This document shows positions 63,257 to 64,000 of a stretch of DNA of 64,000 bases, piece by piece. How positions within the stretch are numbered: the stretch's first letter is position 1; each line of letters begins with the position of its first letter. The translations under genes and the position numbers were made by a program. Source of the stretch: Octopus sinensis (Eukaryota); NCBI RefSeq assembly GCF_006345805.1, contig NC_043006.1, positions 12,896,001-12,960,000 on the forward strand, written 5' to 3'. Below the pieces are notes generated by a model. The model searched no databases and was not told the origin of the DNA. It was given only the letters and a program-made list of their open reading frames with translations.

Positions 63257-64000
63257 GTAAGGACGATACGATCGTTGTTATACAGAGTGAGGCAAAGAGG
63301 ACGGATGTTTTTGAAATAGTTATTTCTGTGCCCTAGGCGGAAGGAGATATGTACGATAGGTACCATCTGGTCCGTGGTGTCTTATCATTTATTTTTATTT
63401 TACGTTAAAGCATCGCGTGTTTGCCTACAGTTACGTGAAAAATAACGAATCTGTCTCAATCCACATTGAAATTAATGGCGCGTATAATACATCGTATTAA
63501 TCTATAAAGTCTTTCCCAATATATTTTTATTTAAATATATAATAATGCGACAAGACAGTTTTATTTTCGGAGATATATTATATTATATGTATCTCTGACA
63601 TAATTGGTAGAATACTGTATACAACGATCGTTTATGTCGAAATTCCGTGGAGGTTATATTTCCATTTCATTATTTCATAGTTCAGAAACTAAGTATCTAG
63701 TAATTAGTCTAATGTAACTAATTTAATTAAATCGACTGATACATCTCATTGAAATACGTATAAATAATAATGATCATCCTCGTCATTATCATGTCCTATA
63801 TCCATTTATTATTGCATGTATTAAAAAATCTAAGACAAAGGTAAATTTAAAGCTCATCATCCTTACTGAGAAAGAGGTTTATTCCTCAAAATTTTGATAG
63901 GGAATTTGTATCAGATATAAGTGGCTTATACTTATGTGCATTTCCGGTTAAAGATTATATAAAGCATTTTATTATATCTATTATATAAAATCCGTTCTCT

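Overview
This is a 64-kb, very AT-rich, microsatellite-saturated animal genomic window. The SINE families, microsatellite load and LINE/Penelope spectrum suggest a cephalopod, probably Octopus (inference from recognition, not from a search). I can recognise no host protein-coding gene. Almost all listed ORFs are microsatellite artefacts or transposon relics, so the window is intergenic or one very large intron, with three weak exon candidates. Recognisable relics: a Tc1 transposase end, a mariner, a Penelope-like RT/GIY-YIG element with inverted terminal copies, three R4/Dong-like fragments in (AAT)n, Tx1-like and RTE-like LINE pieces, three non-autonomous Helitrons, TTAA-flanked MITEs and at least four tRNA-derived SINE families. 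The most interesting signals are four. (1) Several unrelated minimal type I hammerhead-ribozyme folds occur, one with a fully canonical core at 19276-19348. (2) One family fuses a tRNA head, (AAT)n and a hammerhead-bearing Penelope-like tail; all four copies have the 5' part inverted relative to the 3' end, which suggests a SINE moved by Penelope-like machinery. (3) One SINE family forms head-to-tail multimers (two dimers, one tetramer), each bracketed by a single perfect 15-16 bp TSD. (4) One SINE is flanked by a 91-bp target duplication. All alignments and folds were done by eye, and boundaries are approximate unless a TSD defines them.
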